NCBI GenBank assembly: GCA_035638695.1
Contig: DASQZM010000016.1
Span: 24,035-88,034, forward strand
Length of the DNA: 64,000 bases
Source of the DNA: Gammaproteobacteria bacterium
GTDB taxonomy: Bacteria; Pseudomonadota; Gammaproteobacteria; UBA5335; SLRW01
Direction: 5' to 3'
This document shows, one piece after another, positions 11,201 through 22,189 of the stretch; position 1 is the first letter of the stretch; every line of letters begins with the position of its first letter. The notes below the pieces were generated by a model. That model made no database searches. It had not been told where the DNA came from and worked only from the letters and a program-made list of their open reading frames with translations. Made by a program: the position numbers and the translations under genes.

Positions 11201-12040
11201 ATGGGCACACCGAGTCGTAAAGCCGGGCGGCCGACCTCGGCCGACCCCCTGTGGGAAGCGATTCGCGACGAGGCGAGCCGCCACGCCGACGCGGAGCCGG
11301 TGCTGGCGAGCTTCTTCCACGCCACTATCCTCAATCACGAGAGCCTCGAGGCGGCGCTCAGCTTTCACCTGGCAAACAAGCTCAACAGCGCCACAGTGCC
11401 CGCCATGGTCGTGCGCGAGATCGTGGATCAGGCGCTGGGAACCGATCCGGCGATCGGCCGCGCGGTGCGCGCCGACATCCGCGCGGTGCGCGAGCGGGAT
11501 CCGGCCTGCTGCAACTACAGCGAGCCCCTGCTGTACTTCAAGGGATTCCACGCGCTGCAGTCCTACCGCGTCGCGCACTGGCTCTGGTGCGAGGGGCGCC
11601 GGCCGCTGGCCTTGTACCTGCAGAACCGTATCTCGCGGGCCTTCGACGTTGACATCCATCCCGCGGCGCGGATCGGCTCCGGGGTGATGCTGGACCATGC
11701 CAGCGGCATCGTGGTCGGCGAGACGGCGGTAATCGAAGATGACGTGTCGATGCTCCATTCGGTGACTCTGGGCGGCACCGGCAATGAGAGCGGGGACCGG
11801 CATCCCAAGGTGCGCAGCGGGGTGTTGATCGCCGTCGGCGCCAAGCTGCTCGGAAACATCGAGATCGGCGAGGGCGCGAAGGTGGGCGCCGGCAGCGTGG
11901 TGCTGCGCGACGTGCCACCCCACACGACCGTGGTCGGCGTGCCGGCGCGGGTGATCGGCCGGCCGGGGAGCAGGCGTCCGTCCCGGGACATGCAGCACGA
12001 GCTGCCCGACCGCCTCCCCGGCGAAGAACGCGGCCCGTAA
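11201..12040 (+). CDS. cysE: serine O-acetyltransferase
   Basis: Colinear with E. coli CysE as I recall it (EPVLASFFHATILNHESL, DPACCNYSEPLLYFKGFHALQSYRVAHWLW, hexapeptide repeats DIHPAARIGSGVMLDHASGIVVGETAVIEDDVS). GGAG lies 6 nt before the ATG at 11201. Confidence 0.9.
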   Translation: MGTPSRKAGRPTSADPLWEAIRDEASRHADAEPVLASFFHATILNHESLEAALSFHLANKLNSATVPAMVVREIVDQALGTDPAIGRAVRADIRAVRERDPACCNYSEPLLYFKGFHALQSYRVAHWLWCEGRRPLALYLQNRISRAFDVDIHPAARIGSGVMLDHASGIVVGETAVIEDDVSMLHSVTLGGTGNESGDRHPKVRSGVLIAVGAKLLGNIEIGEGAKVGAGSVVLRDVPPHTTVVGVPARVIGRPGSRRPSRDMQHELPDRLPGEERGP

Positions 12041-12052
12041 AGGGCGGCCGGC

Positions 12053-13529
<1,477 letters not shown>

Positions 13530-13662
13530 GGACGATCCTTCCGGGCCGTGCACGGGGATTCCGCAATCTTGAGAACCCATTGTAACGCGTCGGGAAAAGT
13601 CCGGGTCGCATAGCCTCCGGCGATGATACAGTGCCACAAGACACATTGCGCGGGAGGCGGGC

Positions 13663-13866
13663 ATGAACCGGAACGATACCGCCGAAGCGCGCCGGCTGGC
13701 CGAGCGGATACGTCGTGAGTGCCTGCGGGCGGCGCTTGAGGCCTGGGAACAAGGGGGCATCGCCGGCCTCTGCGCGGAGGGCCGCTGGGAGCTGGCGGTG
13801 GACACCGTCCGCGCGCTCGATTTGGAGCGCCTGCTGGCGGAGGATCCACGCGATGGCGGCGCCTGA
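13663..13866 (+). CDS. small conserved hypothetical protein (67 aa)
   Basis: High GC3, an intact ATG, and it lies just upstream of a hydrolase gene. The sequence (…ECLRAALEAWEQGGIAGLCAEGRWELAV…) resembles a small protein family I recall from other gammaproteobacteria. Function unknown. Confidence 0.5.
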   Translation: MNRNDTAEARRLAERIRRECLRAALEAWEQGGIAGLCAEGRWELAVDTVRALDLERLLAEDPRDGGA

Positions 13867-13966
13867 GGCGCGGCGCGACCGGGTCCTGCGGGGCCTTGCC
13901 GCAGGACGGCGGAATCCCGATCATATGCCGGGGACAGTGACCGGTGCGTACCGGGGAGGGGGCGAC

Positions 13967-14641
13967 ATGGGCGAGACGATCCGATTCGAGCGGCCGGACG
14001 GCAAGTCTGCCACCGGCTACCTTGCGAGGGCGGCGGACGATGCGCCGGGCGTGGTGGTCATCCAGGAATGGTGGGGGCTGCAGGGCCAGATCAAGGGTAT
14101 CTGCAACCGCTTCGCCGACGCCGGCTACAATGCGCTGGCGCCGGACCTCTACGACGGCGTCGTGGTTCCCTACCACGACACGGACCGGGCCGCCCGGGAA
14201 ATGCAGTCGCTGGATTTCCTGGACGCCACGGACAACACCGTGCGCGGAGCCGCGCAGTACCTGGCCCCGGACGGTGTGCGGGTGGGCCTGACCGGGTTTT
14301 GCCTGGGCGGCGCCGTGACGGTGCTGGGCGCCATCCGTATCCCGGACTTTTCCGCTGCGGTGTGCTTTTACGGCATCCCGCCGCTGGAAGCGGGCCGGCC
14401 CGGGGACATCCGCGTGCCGATCCAGTGCCACTTCGCCGGGAAGGACGACTGGTGCACCCCGGAGGCGGTGGACGCATTCGAGGCAGCCCTGAAGAGCGCC
14501 GGCCGGGAGTACGAGCTGTACCGTTATCCGGGCGCCGAGCACGGCTTCATGAACGAACAGCGCGATGTGTACGACGAGGCGGCCGCGCGCCAGGCCTGGG
14601 ATCGCTGCCTGACGTTCTGGAACCGCCATCTGGAAGGGTGA
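13967..14641 (+). CDS. dienelactone hydrolase family protein
   Basis: GVVVIQEWWGL, a nucleophile-region GFCLGG block and C-terminal YPGAEHGF are typical of carboxymethylenebutenolidase-type DLH. GGGGAGGGGG precedes the ATG at 13967. Confidence 0.85.
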   Translation: MGETIRFERPDGKSATGYLARAADDAPGVVVIQEWWGLQGQIKGICNRFADAGYNALAPDLYDGVVVPYHDTDRAAREMQSLDFLDATDNTVRGAAQYLAPDGVRVGLTGFCLGGAVTVLGAIRIPDFSAAVCFYGIPPLEAGRPGDIRVPIQCHFAGKDDWCTPEAVDAFEAALKSAGREYELYRYPGAEHGFMNEQRDVYDEAAARQAWDRCLTFWNRHLEG

Positions 14642-14653
14642 GTGGCGCCCAAG

Positions 14654-16030
14654 TCAGGGATCGGGCGCTTCCGCCGCTTCCAGGCGCCGGAGCGTCTGGT
14701 CGGTGTAGGCCTGCAGTGCGGAGCTGATCTCCACCGGATAGGGCTTGGCCGCCGCTGGTAGCGCCAGGATCCGGTCCGGAAGGCGTCCACGCTCGTCCGC
14801 GGCGAGTTCGCGGGCGGCGTCGAGTGATGCCTCGCCCTCCGGCGTGCGCCTCCCCTGACGCATCACCGTGCGCAACAGCGGGCGTCCCGGGTGCTCCTCG
14901 TCATGGCGGCCGATGACATCGCGCAGCGCGCGCCCGTGCTGCTCGATCCGGAATATCTGCTTGCGCCCGGGCAGCGTCGCCTTGCCCGGCGAGCGCTTGA
15001 GTCGCCCGACGCCCTCGTACTCGGTCAGCTTGTAGGCGAGGTCGAGGGTCGGCTCGTCTTCGGAGACGCCCATGTGGGTGCCGACCCCGAAGCCGTCCAC
15101 GGGCGCGCCGCGGTCGAGGATCTCGGCCACCTTCTCCTCGCTTAGCCCGCCGCTGACCACGATCTGCACATCCGTCAGCCCGGCCGCGTCGAGCAGCTCC
15201 CGCGACTCGGCGGCAAGCTGCGCCAGGTCACCCGAATCCAGCCGGATCGCGGAGACCCGGAAGGCCTCGCCCAGCTCCTCCTTGAGCCGGATGACCCGGC
15301 GCACGCCTTCGAGGGTGTCATAGGTGTCCACCAGCAACGTGGTGTCCGGATACAGCTCCGTGAACGCGCGGAACGCATGCAACTCATCCTCGTGCGCCTG
15401 GATATAGCTGTGCGCCATGGTGCCGGTCACCGGCATGCCGTAGATCTGTCCGGCGAGCACATTGCTGGTCGCCGCCAGGCCGGCGACGTAATACGCGCGC
15501 ACGCCGCGAACGCCGGCGTCGGAGCCGTGCATGCGGCGCAGCCCGAAATCCACCACGGGACGCCCCCGTGCGGCGGTGATCACCCGCGAAGCCTTGGACG
15601 CGAGCACCGTCTGCAGGTGAACCTGGTTCATCAGATAGCTCTCGACCAGCTGCGCCTGGGCGATCGGGGCCTCCACCTGCAGCAGCGGCTCGTTCGGGAA
15701 TACCGGCGTGCCTTCCGGTACCGAGTGGACATCGCCGGTGAAGCGGAAATCCGCGAGCCAGCGCAGGAAGTCGTGCGAAAACCGGCCCAGCCCGGCCAGG
15801 TAGTCCAGGCTTTCGGAGGAGAAATGCAGCGTCTCCAGGTAGTCGAGCACGTCGCCGGTGCCGCAGGCGACCATGTAATTGCGTCGTGCCGGGAGGCGCC
15901 GGAAGAACAGGCTGAACACGGCACGACCCTGCATCCGCTCGTGCCAGTACGCCTGCAGCATGGTCAGCTCGTACAGGTCGGTGACCAGCGCGACATTGGC
16001 CTCGTTGACCCAGGGTTGCGGCTGCCTCAC
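14654..16030 (-). CDS. pncB: nicotinate phosphoribosyltransferase
   Basis: 458 aa. N-terminal LVTDLYELTMLQAYW and MAHSYIQAH blocks of NAPRTase. GTG start overlaps the pncA stop (GTGA). Confidence 0.88.
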   Translation of the reverse strand: MRQPQPWVNEANVALVTDLYELTMLQAYWHERMQGRAVFSLFFRRLPARRNYMVACGTGDVLDYLETLHFSSESLDYLAGLGRFSHDFLRWLADFRFTGDVHSVPEGTPVFPNEPLLQVEAPIAQAQLVESYLMNQVHLQTVLASKASRVITAARGRPVVDFGLRRMHGSDAGVRGVRAYYVAGLAATSNVLAGQIYGMPVTGTMAHSYIQAHEDELHAFRAFTELYPDTTLLVDTYDTLEGVRRVIRLKEELGEAFRVSAIRLDSGDLAQLAAESRELLDAAGLTDVQIVVSGGLSEEKVAEILDRGAPVDGFGVGTHMGVSEDEPTLDLAYKLTEYEGVGRLKRSPGKATLPGRKQIFRIEQHGRALRDVIGRHDEEHPGRPLLRTVMRQGRRTPEGEASLDAARELAADERGRLPDRILALPAAAKPYPVEISSALQAYTDQTLRRLEAAEAPDP

Positions 16031-16605
16031 TCGCTTTCCTCCGTCTCCACGATGGTGCCGGCCTGGCGCATCTCGTCCAGCGCCCGGTGGCCCGCCTCCG
16101 CCTCGACCGGGCGGGTCGCAGGCAGGATCAGGTGCACCTCGAGGCCCTGTCGGCGCGCCGCGAGCACGGTATCACGCACGCACACGTCCTGGGCCAGGCC
16201 GCCGAGCCAGAGCCGGCGTATGCCCCGTTTTTCGAGGTAGCTGTCGAGGCCGGTGTTCTCGAAGGCCGAATAGGCATCCTGGTCGAAGCGCGTGCCCTTG
16301 CTCACGCGGATCGCGTCGTCGGGCAGCGCCAGATCGGGATGGAATGCGGCCCCGGGCGTGTCCTGGATGCAGTGCGGCGGCCAGGGCCCTCCCTGCTCCC
16401 GGAAGCTGACGTGGTCGACCGGATGCCAGTCCCGGGAGGCGAAGATCGGCACGCCGGCCTCGCGCGCTGCGCCGATCCAGCGGTTCAGGACCGGGATGAT
16501 CTCGGCGCCCCCGGCCACCGCCAGCGAGCCGCCGGGACAGAAGTCGTTCTGCACATCCACCAGGAACAGGGCGTCGCCGCGCCCGAGCTTGTCGGCTATG
16601 CGCAT
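16027..16605 (-). CDS. pncA: nicotinamidase/pyrazinamidase
   Basis: ALFLVDVQNDFCPGGSLAV and an isochorismatase-fold Cys block (LGGLAQDVCV). ATG at 16605 is preceded by GGGAGGAAAGCTG; the track start at 16632 is the alternative. Confidence 0.88.
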   Translation of the reverse strand: MRIADKLGRGDALFLVDVQNDFCPGGSLAVAGGAEIIPVLNRWIGAAREAGVPIFASRDWHPVDHVSFREQGGPWPPHCIQDTPGAAFHPDLALPDDAIRVSKGTRFDQDAYSAFENTGLDSYLEKRGIRRLWLGGLAQDVCVRDTVLAARRQGLEVHLILPATRPVEAEAGHRALDEMRQAGTIVETEESE

Positions 16606-16728
16606 CAGCTTTCCTCCCGATCCGTCGACCATCCCCGGGGCGTTACCGAACGTCCGTCCCGCAGGTCACGCCCTCCCGTGCAGTTTGGCACAGCTGCCAG
16701 CGGCCGTGTTCCGGTGGCGGCGATAGTG

Positions 16729-16993
16729 CTAACCCGGTCCGAGGTAATGCCGCATCTCAGCGCTCCTGTCGGTCTCTCCGGCAAGGTGCGAGGGAGCGCA
16801 GTGTAGTGGCGCTACACGACCGACGGGCAACGCCGTCCCGACGGGGCCAGGCGAGCGCCCTGCGGGAGGGCGCGTGAGCGGCAATGACGGCGTTGCGCTC
16901 GCTCGTCGGGGCAAAGCAACTTGTTCGCTCCCGCGCCTTTTCCTTTCCAGCCACGCGCTCTCTGAGACGTGGCATTACCTCGGACCGGGTGAG
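16729..16993. mobile_element. MITE-like non-autonomous element, copy 1 (265 bp, terminal inverted repeats, whole-length hairpin symmetry)
   Basis: Left end CTAACCCGGTCCGAGGTAATGCC; right end GGCATTACCTCGGACCGGGTGAG. Central hairpin GCGCCCT-GCGGG-AGGGCGC at 16855..16873. Two further copies are at 57031 and 58777. Lies in the divergent pncA / OMP intergenic region. Confidence 0.8.
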
Positions 16994-17034
16994 TAACCTT
17001 GCGGCATCGGCGGTACCGGAGGAGGCGCGTGCGC

Positions 17035-17583
17035 ATGCCCCGCTGGACAATCCTGGCGCTGGTCCCCGTGCTGCTGGCCGCGGTGGCGATCCCCGTGCGG
17101 GCCGGCGAGACCGGCTACGGCGGGCTGTCCCGCGTGGGTCTCCGCTACGAAGCCGGTCCCGGCACCAACGTCTACGCGGTGGACGGTCAGCTGGACACCG
17201 GGGTGCGGTTCCTGGGTGGGCGCGAGTTCATCGGCGCCGGCGTGACCCAGGTCACGTCCGACCGGGTCAACAGCAGGCTGATGATTGGCGCCAGCTCGGG
17301 CCTGATCTGGCCCGAGCGCATCTCGCCGTACATCAGCGTGGGGCTGATGGGCGGGATCACAACGGCCTCGGTGCAGAGCGGCCGTACCACCAGCACCAGC
17401 GCGGGCACCGCGGGAAATCACGCGGACTCAGCCGCTGCCTGGGGCGAGGCCGGGGTGCGCCTGCGCCTGGCCGGCGGTGTGTCTCTGACCGTCTCGCGCC
17501 GGCGCTACGACTTCTTCCGCAGCGGCACCGGCGACGTCGTGCTGGATGTGACGTCGGTCAGCCTGCTTTTCGCGTATCGATAG
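17035..17583 (+). CDS. putative outer-membrane beta-barrel protein
   Basis: Signal peptide [23 protein letters not shown], alternating-hydrophobicity strands and a C-terminal ...SLLFAYR. Family assignment is tentative. Confidence 0.55.
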   Translation: MPRWTILALVPVLLAAVAIPVRAGETGYGGLSRVGLRYEAGPGTNVYAVDGQLDTGVRFLGGREFIGAGVTQVTSDRVNSRLMIGASSGLIWPERISPYISVGLMGGITTASVQSGRTTSTSAGTAGNHADSAAAWGEAGVRLRLAGGVSLTVSRRRYDFFRSGTGDVVLDVTSVSLLFAYR

Positions 17584-18964
17584 CCGCGCGGGCGCTCGCC
17601 ACCGCCGCCTTCACGCGCACCGGGGCTGTGCCGCCCACGTGGTCCCGGGCTGCCACCGAGCCTTCCAGTGTCAGCACCTCGAAGACGTCTTCCCCGACGC
17701 GGTTCGAAAAGCCCTGCAGTTCCTCCAGGCTCAGCTCCGACAGGTCCCGGCCGTGCTCCAGGGCGAAGCGCACCGTTCGCCCGACCACCTCGTGGGCATC
17801 GCGGAAAGCCAGCCCCCTGCGCACCAGGTAGTCCGCCAGGTCGGTGGCGGTGGAAAAGCCGGCCCTGGCCGCGGCGCGGCAGCGCTTGCGGTCGACCGTC
17901 AGCGCCGGGATCATGTCGGCGAAGGCGCGCAGCGAGCCGAGCAGCGTGTCGATGGTGTCGAACAGTGGCTCCTTGTCCTCCTGGTTGTCCTTGTTGTAGG
18001 CGAGCGGCTGGGACTTCATCAGCGTGAGCAGCGCGACCAGGTGTCCGTAGACCCGTCCGCTCTTGCCCCGGACCAGCTCCGGAACGTCGGGGTTCTTCTT
18101 CTGGGGCATGATGCTCGACCCGGTGCAGAACGCGTCGGGCAGGTCGATGAAGCCGAACTGGGCCGAGGTCCAGAGCACCAGCTCTTCCGCAAAGCGTGAC
18201 AGGTGCAGCATGACCAGGCTGGCATCGGCGGTGAACTCGACGGCGAAATCGCGATCGCTGACCGCGTCCAGGGAGTTGCGCGCCACGCCCTCAAAGCCCA
18301 GCAGCGAGGCCGTGTACTCACGGTCGACCGGGTAGGTCGTGCCGGCGAGGGCGGCCGCGCCGAGCGGCAGTACGTTGACCCGCCGGCGGCACTCCTGCAG
18401 CCGTTGGTAATCGCGCTCGAGCATCTCGTACCAGGCGAGCATGTGGTGACCGAAGGTCACCGGCTGCGCCACCTGCAGGTGCGTGAAGCCCGGCATGATG
18501 GTGTCGGCCTCGCGCTCGGCGATGTCCAGCAGGCCCCGCTGGAAGCGCGTCAGCTCTGCACAGATCGCGTCTACCGCCTCGCGCAGGGCGAGCCGGATGT
18601 CGGTGGCGACCTGGTCGTTGCGCGAGCGCCCCGTGTGCAGCTTCTTGCCCGTTTCGCCGATCAGCTCGGTGAGCCGGGCCTCGATGTTCATGTGCACGTC
18701 CTCGAGCGCGACCGACCAGTCGAACTCGCCGCGCTCGATTTCCCCGCGCACCGTCTCCAGCCCCTCGATGATCCGGTCGCGCTCACGAGCGGTCAGAATG
18801 CCGACCCTGGCGAGCATCCTCGCGTGCGCGATCGATCCCTGGATGTCCTGGCGGTAGAGTCGCCGGTCGAAGCCCACCGAAGCCGTGAACTGCTCGACGA
18901 ACGCGTCCGTCGGTCCGGAGAAGCGCCCGCCCCAGGGTTTGTCAGTCGTCTTGTCTTGCGTCAT
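17558..18964 (-). CDS. argH: argininosuccinate lyase
   Basis: [13 protein letters not shown]-terminus and the fumarate-lyase signature [12 protein letters not shown]. The 3' end overlaps the OMP gene convergently by 26 nt. Confidence 0.93.
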   Translation of the reverse strand: MTQDKTTDKPWGGRFSGPTDAFVEQFTASVGFDRRLYRQDIQGSIAHARMLARVGILTARERDRIIEGLETVRGEIERGEFDWSVALEDVHMNIEARLTELIGETGKKLHTGRSRNDQVATDIRLALREAVDAICAELTRFQRGLLDIAEREADTIMPGFTHLQVAQPVTFGHHMLAWYEMLERDYQRLQECRRRVNVLPLGAAALAGTTYPVDREYTASLLGFEGVARNSLDAVSDRDFAVEFTADASLVMLHLSRFAEELVLWTSAQFGFIDLPDAFCTGSSIMPQKKNPDVPELVRGKSGRVYGHLVALLTLMKSQPLAYNKDNQEDKEPLFDTIDTLLGSLRAFADMIPALTVDRKRCRAAARAGFSTATDLADYLVRRGLAFRDAHEVVGRTVRFALEHGRDLSELSLEELQGFSNRVGEDVFEVLTLEGSVAARDHVGGTAPVRVKAAVASARAAIDTRKAG

Positions 18965-19271
18965 CCGGCGTCCCACGGCTGCTGGTCAGGACGCGCATTA
19001 TACTAGCCCGGCCGGCAGCAATGCCTCATCCCGGCATTTACTGTCGGTCGGTCCGGACGGTGTTGCTCGCCGGCCGGGTGGCGCCGTCTTACGTCGCCTC
19101 CGTGCCTTGCCGTTGCCCGATCCTCCTCTGGGGCGGCATCGCCTTTGCCAGGTTTGGTGGCCCCTCCGCGCGGTGGGCACCGCCCCGCCCTGCGGCGCGG
19201 CCCGGGCACGGTGGCCCGCGGGCGGCAGTAAGTGCTTGATCCGCACATGACATATACTGAAGACTTGGGAC

Positions 19272-20402
19272 ATGAGGGGGAGCATGAGAGGGGAGCCGTC
19301 CAGGGGGCGCCGCGCGTCGGACCAGGTCTTTCTGCCGGACTTCTGCAGCGTCCGCGCCGTGTTCGTGGTGGTTCTCGTCGGCGAGTTGCTGGCGTTTGTG
19401 CTGGTGCTCGCGGCGACCCCGGGGGCGAGCGATTTCCTCACGCGGCTGAGCCTGGTGTCCCTGCTGGTGCAGTGGACCGCGCTGGCGAGCGCCGGGATCC
19501 TGTGCCTGGCACGACCGGTCATGTGCCGGCTGGGCATGCGGCAGGCCGCCTCGCTCAGCCTGCTACTGGTGCTGTTCACCTGCCTGGGTATCAGCGAGCT
19601 GGGCTGGCGGCTCACCCAGTGGTCGATGGTGAACCTGCCGGGGAGCTCGCCCGAGCACGGTCACCTGATCTTCCTGGTGCGCACCATGGGTATCGGGGCG
19701 ATCGTCAGCGCCCTGGTGCTGCGTTACCTCTACGTACAGCACCAGTGGCGGGTCAACCTGCGCAACAAGGCCGAGGCACGGATCCAGGCGCTGCAGGCGC
19801 GAATCCGCCCCCACTTCCTGTTCAACAGCATGAACACCATCGCCGCCCTGATCCGCGGCCAGCCGGAAACCGCGGAGCAGGCGGTGGAGGACCTTGCCGA
19901 CCTGTTTCGGGCCAGTCTGCGGGACAGCCGCAGCCAGGTGCGCCTGTCGGAGGAGCTGGGCATCTGCCGCCTCTACGAACGCATTGAGCGCCTGCGCCTG
20001 GGCGAACGCCTGGAAGTGGAATGGACGCTCGCCAAGATCCCGGAGGACGCGACCGTGCCGGTGCTGTGCCTGCAGCCCCTGGTCGAGAATGCGATTTACC
20101 ATGGCATCGAGCCGCGTTCCGACGGCGGCACGGTACACATCACCGGGCGGCGCCACCGGGACGAGCTGGAGATTGAGGTTTGCAACCCCCTTCCGACCGG
20201 GAAGGAGCGGCGGCGCCGCGCGGGCAACCAGATCGCGCTGGATAACATCCGCCAGCGCCTGGCCCTGGCGTACGGACGCCGTGGCCGTCTGTTGCAGGAG
20301 CAGGGTGAGGGCTACTACCGGGTCCACCTGCACTTTCCCTATGTGCCGGCCGAGGCCGGGCGAAGGAACGAACCACAGACCAGTACGGGGATGGCGTCAT
20401 GA
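19272..20402 (+). CDS. algZ: LytS-type sensor histidine kinase AlgZ/FimS
   Basis: Four N-terminal TM helices, then RIRPHFLFNSMNTIAALI (His_kinase PF06580-type H-box) and an N-box ENAIYHGIE. Order argH-algZ-algR-hemC matches my recollection of P. aeruginosa. Confidence 0.85.
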   Translation: MRGSMRGEPSRGRRASDQVFLPDFCSVRAVFVVVLVGELLAFVLVLAATPGASDFLTRLSLVSLLVQWTALASAGILCLARPVMCRLGMRQAASLSLLLVLFTCLGISELGWRLTQWSMVNLPGSSPEHGHLIFLVRTMGIGAIVSALVLRYLYVQHQWRVNLRNKAEARIQALQARIRPHFLFNSMNTIAALIRGQPETAEQAVEDLADLFRASLRDSRSQVRLSEELGICRLYERIERLRLGERLEVEWTLAKIPEDATVPVLCLQPLVENAIYHGIEPRSDGGTVHITGRRHRDELEIEVCNPLPTGKERRRRAGNQIALDNIRQRLALAYGRRGRLLQEQGEGYYRVHLHFPYVPAEAGRRNEPQTSTGMAS

Positions 20403-21139
20403 GGGTAATGGTGGTCGACGACGAGCAACCCGCGCGCGAGCGGCTGAAGTCACTGCTGGGCCAGGTTCCGGACACGGAGCTGTGCGGCGAGGCCGCCAAC
20501 GGCGAGCAGCTGTTGCGCCAGCTGGGCGAAACCCGGCCGGACGTGATCCTGCTCGACATCCGGATGCCGGGCATGGACGGCATCGAGGCGGCCCGTCATC
20601 TCACCACGCTGGAGCAGCCTCCGGCCGTGATCTTCACCACCGCCTACGGCGAGCACGCGCTCGAAGCCTTCGAGACGCAGGCGGTCGGCTATCTGCTCAA
20701 GCCGGTGCGCAAGGTCCAGCTGGAGGAATCGCTGCGGGCGGCATCGCGGGTCACCCGGGCCCAGCTCTCGGCGATCAACCCCGCCGGGCAGGCCGAATCC
20801 GCGCGCACGCACGTGTGCGCGCGGGTGCGCGGGGGTTTGAAGCTGGTGCCTATCCAGGAAGTGATCTATTTCCAGGCTGACCAGAAGTACGTCACCGTGC
20901 GCCACCCGGAAGGCGAGGTACTGATCGAGGAATCGCTGAGGCAGCTGGAGCAGGAGTTCGGCGCGCAGTTCATCCGCGTGCATCGCAACGCACTGGTCAG
21001 CCTGACCCATCTGGACGGCCTCGAGAAAGGCACCGACGGGCGTGCGCGGCTGCGAATGCGGGGCTGTCAGGACACCCTCGAGATCAGTCGCCGCCATATC
21101 GCGGAGGTGCGACGCCAGCTCCGGCAGATGGGCTACTGA
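20399..21139 (+). CDS. algR: LytTR-family response regulator AlgR
   Basis: REC domain (MRVMVVDDE...ILLDIRMPGMDG) plus a C-terminal LytTR DNA-binding domain (YFQADQKYVTVRH...FIRVHRNALV). ATGA overlap with algZ. Confidence 0.9.
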   Translation: MRVMVVDDEQPARERLKSLLGQVPDTELCGEAANGEQLLRQLGETRPDVILLDIRMPGMDGIEAARHLTTLEQPPAVIFTTAYGEHALEAFETQAVGYLLKPVRKVQLEESLRAASRVTRAQLSAINPAGQAESARTHVCARVRGGLKLVPIQEVIYFQADQKYVTVRHPEGEVLIEESLRQLEQEFGAQFIRVHRNALVSLTHLDGLEKGTDGRARLRMRGCQDTLEISRRHIAEVRRQLRQMGY

Positions 21140-21244
21140 GGCGACGGCCTGGCGGCGGCCGGGGAAGGTCCCGCCACACCGCTTGCCGCCCACGGCGGGC
21201 GTCAATAGGATGACCGCCTCGTCCGCAACTTCCGCAATCTCACC

Positions 21245-22189
21245 ATGACACAGACACTACGCATCGCAACCCGCCGCAGCGACCTGGCCATGTGGCAGGC
21301 CAGGCACGTGGAGAGCCTGCTGTGCCGGGCCTACCCCGATCTGGAGGTGTCGCTGGTGCCGCTGTCCACGCGCGGCGACCGGATCCAGGACCGGCCGCTG
21401 CAGGCGGTGGGGGGCAAGGGGCTGTTCATCAAGGAGCTGGAACGGGCCCTGCTGGAAGACGGGGCCGACCTGGCGGTGCACTCGATGAAGGACGTCCCGG
21501 CCGAGCTGCCGGAGCCGCTGCACCTGCCGATCATCCTGGAGCGGGGCGACGCCCGCGATGCGTTCGTGTCCGCGCGCTACGCAGACCTCGGCGACCTGCC
21601 GCCCGGGGCACGCCTGGGGACGTCCAGCCTGCGCCGCCAATGCCAGATGCGCTCCGCGCGCCCGGATCTCGAGGTCGGTCACCTGCGCGGCAACGTGAAC
21701 ACGCGCCTGCGCAAGCTGGACGAAGGGCAGTTCGACGCCATCATCCTGGCCGCCGCGGGCCTGCGGCGGCTGGGTATGACCGATCGCATCACCATGTGCC
21801 TACCGCCCGGGACCAGTCTGCCCGCGATCGGCCAGGGCGCGCTCGGGATCGAGTGCCGGCGCGACGACACGCGGGTCAACCGTCTGGTCTCGGTGCTCGA
21901 GCACGGCGACAGCGCGGTGTGCGTGAGTGCCGAGCGGGCCATGAACGCGCGCCTGCACGGCGACTGCCATGTCCCGGTCGCCGGCTACGCGGTCCAGGCC
22001 GACGGCGGGCTGTGGCTGCGCGGCCTGGTCGGTCGCCCCGACGGCGGCGAGGTGGTGCGCGGGGAGGTGCGCGGTCCCGCCCGGCGCGCAACGGAGCTGG
22101 GCGTGAGCCTGGCCGAGGATCTGCTCGTCCGGGGTGCCGGGGACATCCTGCGCAGCCTGGGGGTGGAGCCGCCGGCGGCGGGGGCGTGA
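21245..22189 (+). CDS. hemC: hydroxymethylbilane synthase (porphobilinogen deaminase)
   Basis: LRIATRRSDLAMWQA, GGKGLFIKELE and RGNVNTRLRKLD blocks. Confidence 0.93.
   Translation: MTQTLRIATRRSDLAMWQARHVESLLCRAYPDLEVSLVPLSTRGDRIQDRPLQAVGGKGLFIKELERALLEDGADLAVHSMKDVPAELPEPLHLPIILERGDARDAFVSARYADLGDLPPGARLGTSSLRRQCQMRSARPDLEVGHLRGNVNTRLRKLDEGQFDAIILAAAGLRRLGMTDRITMCLPPGTSLPAIGQGALGIECRRDDTRVNRLVSVLEHGDSAVCVSAERAMNARLHGDCHVPVAGYAVQADGGLWLRGLVGRPDGGEVVRGEVRGPARRATELGVSLAEDLLVRGAGDILRSLGVEPPAAGA

Noticed and set aside
8475-11687. 1,070-aa + strand ORF, the longest closed ORF in this part of the track
   Set aside because: It runs antisense to the well-supported poxB-like gene, then through intergenic DNA and out of frame across the DUF2784 gene and cysE. 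The product is Arg/Gly/Pro/Ala-rich with no recognisable motif, which is a typical high-GC shadow frame.
16729-16914. Similar small 'proteins' predicted at 16729..16914, 56808..57356 and 58728..58961 (MPRRASATPS.PLTRPPA.RSP.PVGTALPVGRVAPLHCAP...), which could look like a paralogous gene family
   Set aside because: The similarity follows the nucleotide-level repeat (MITE copies). The ORFs differ in length and ends, lack RBSs and cross element boundaries. They are repeat DNA, not genes.
19021-19239. 72-aa + ORF in the argH/algZ intergenic region
   Set aside because: It has mixed third-position composition, no RBS, and no counterpart that I recall in the syntenic Pseudomonas region.
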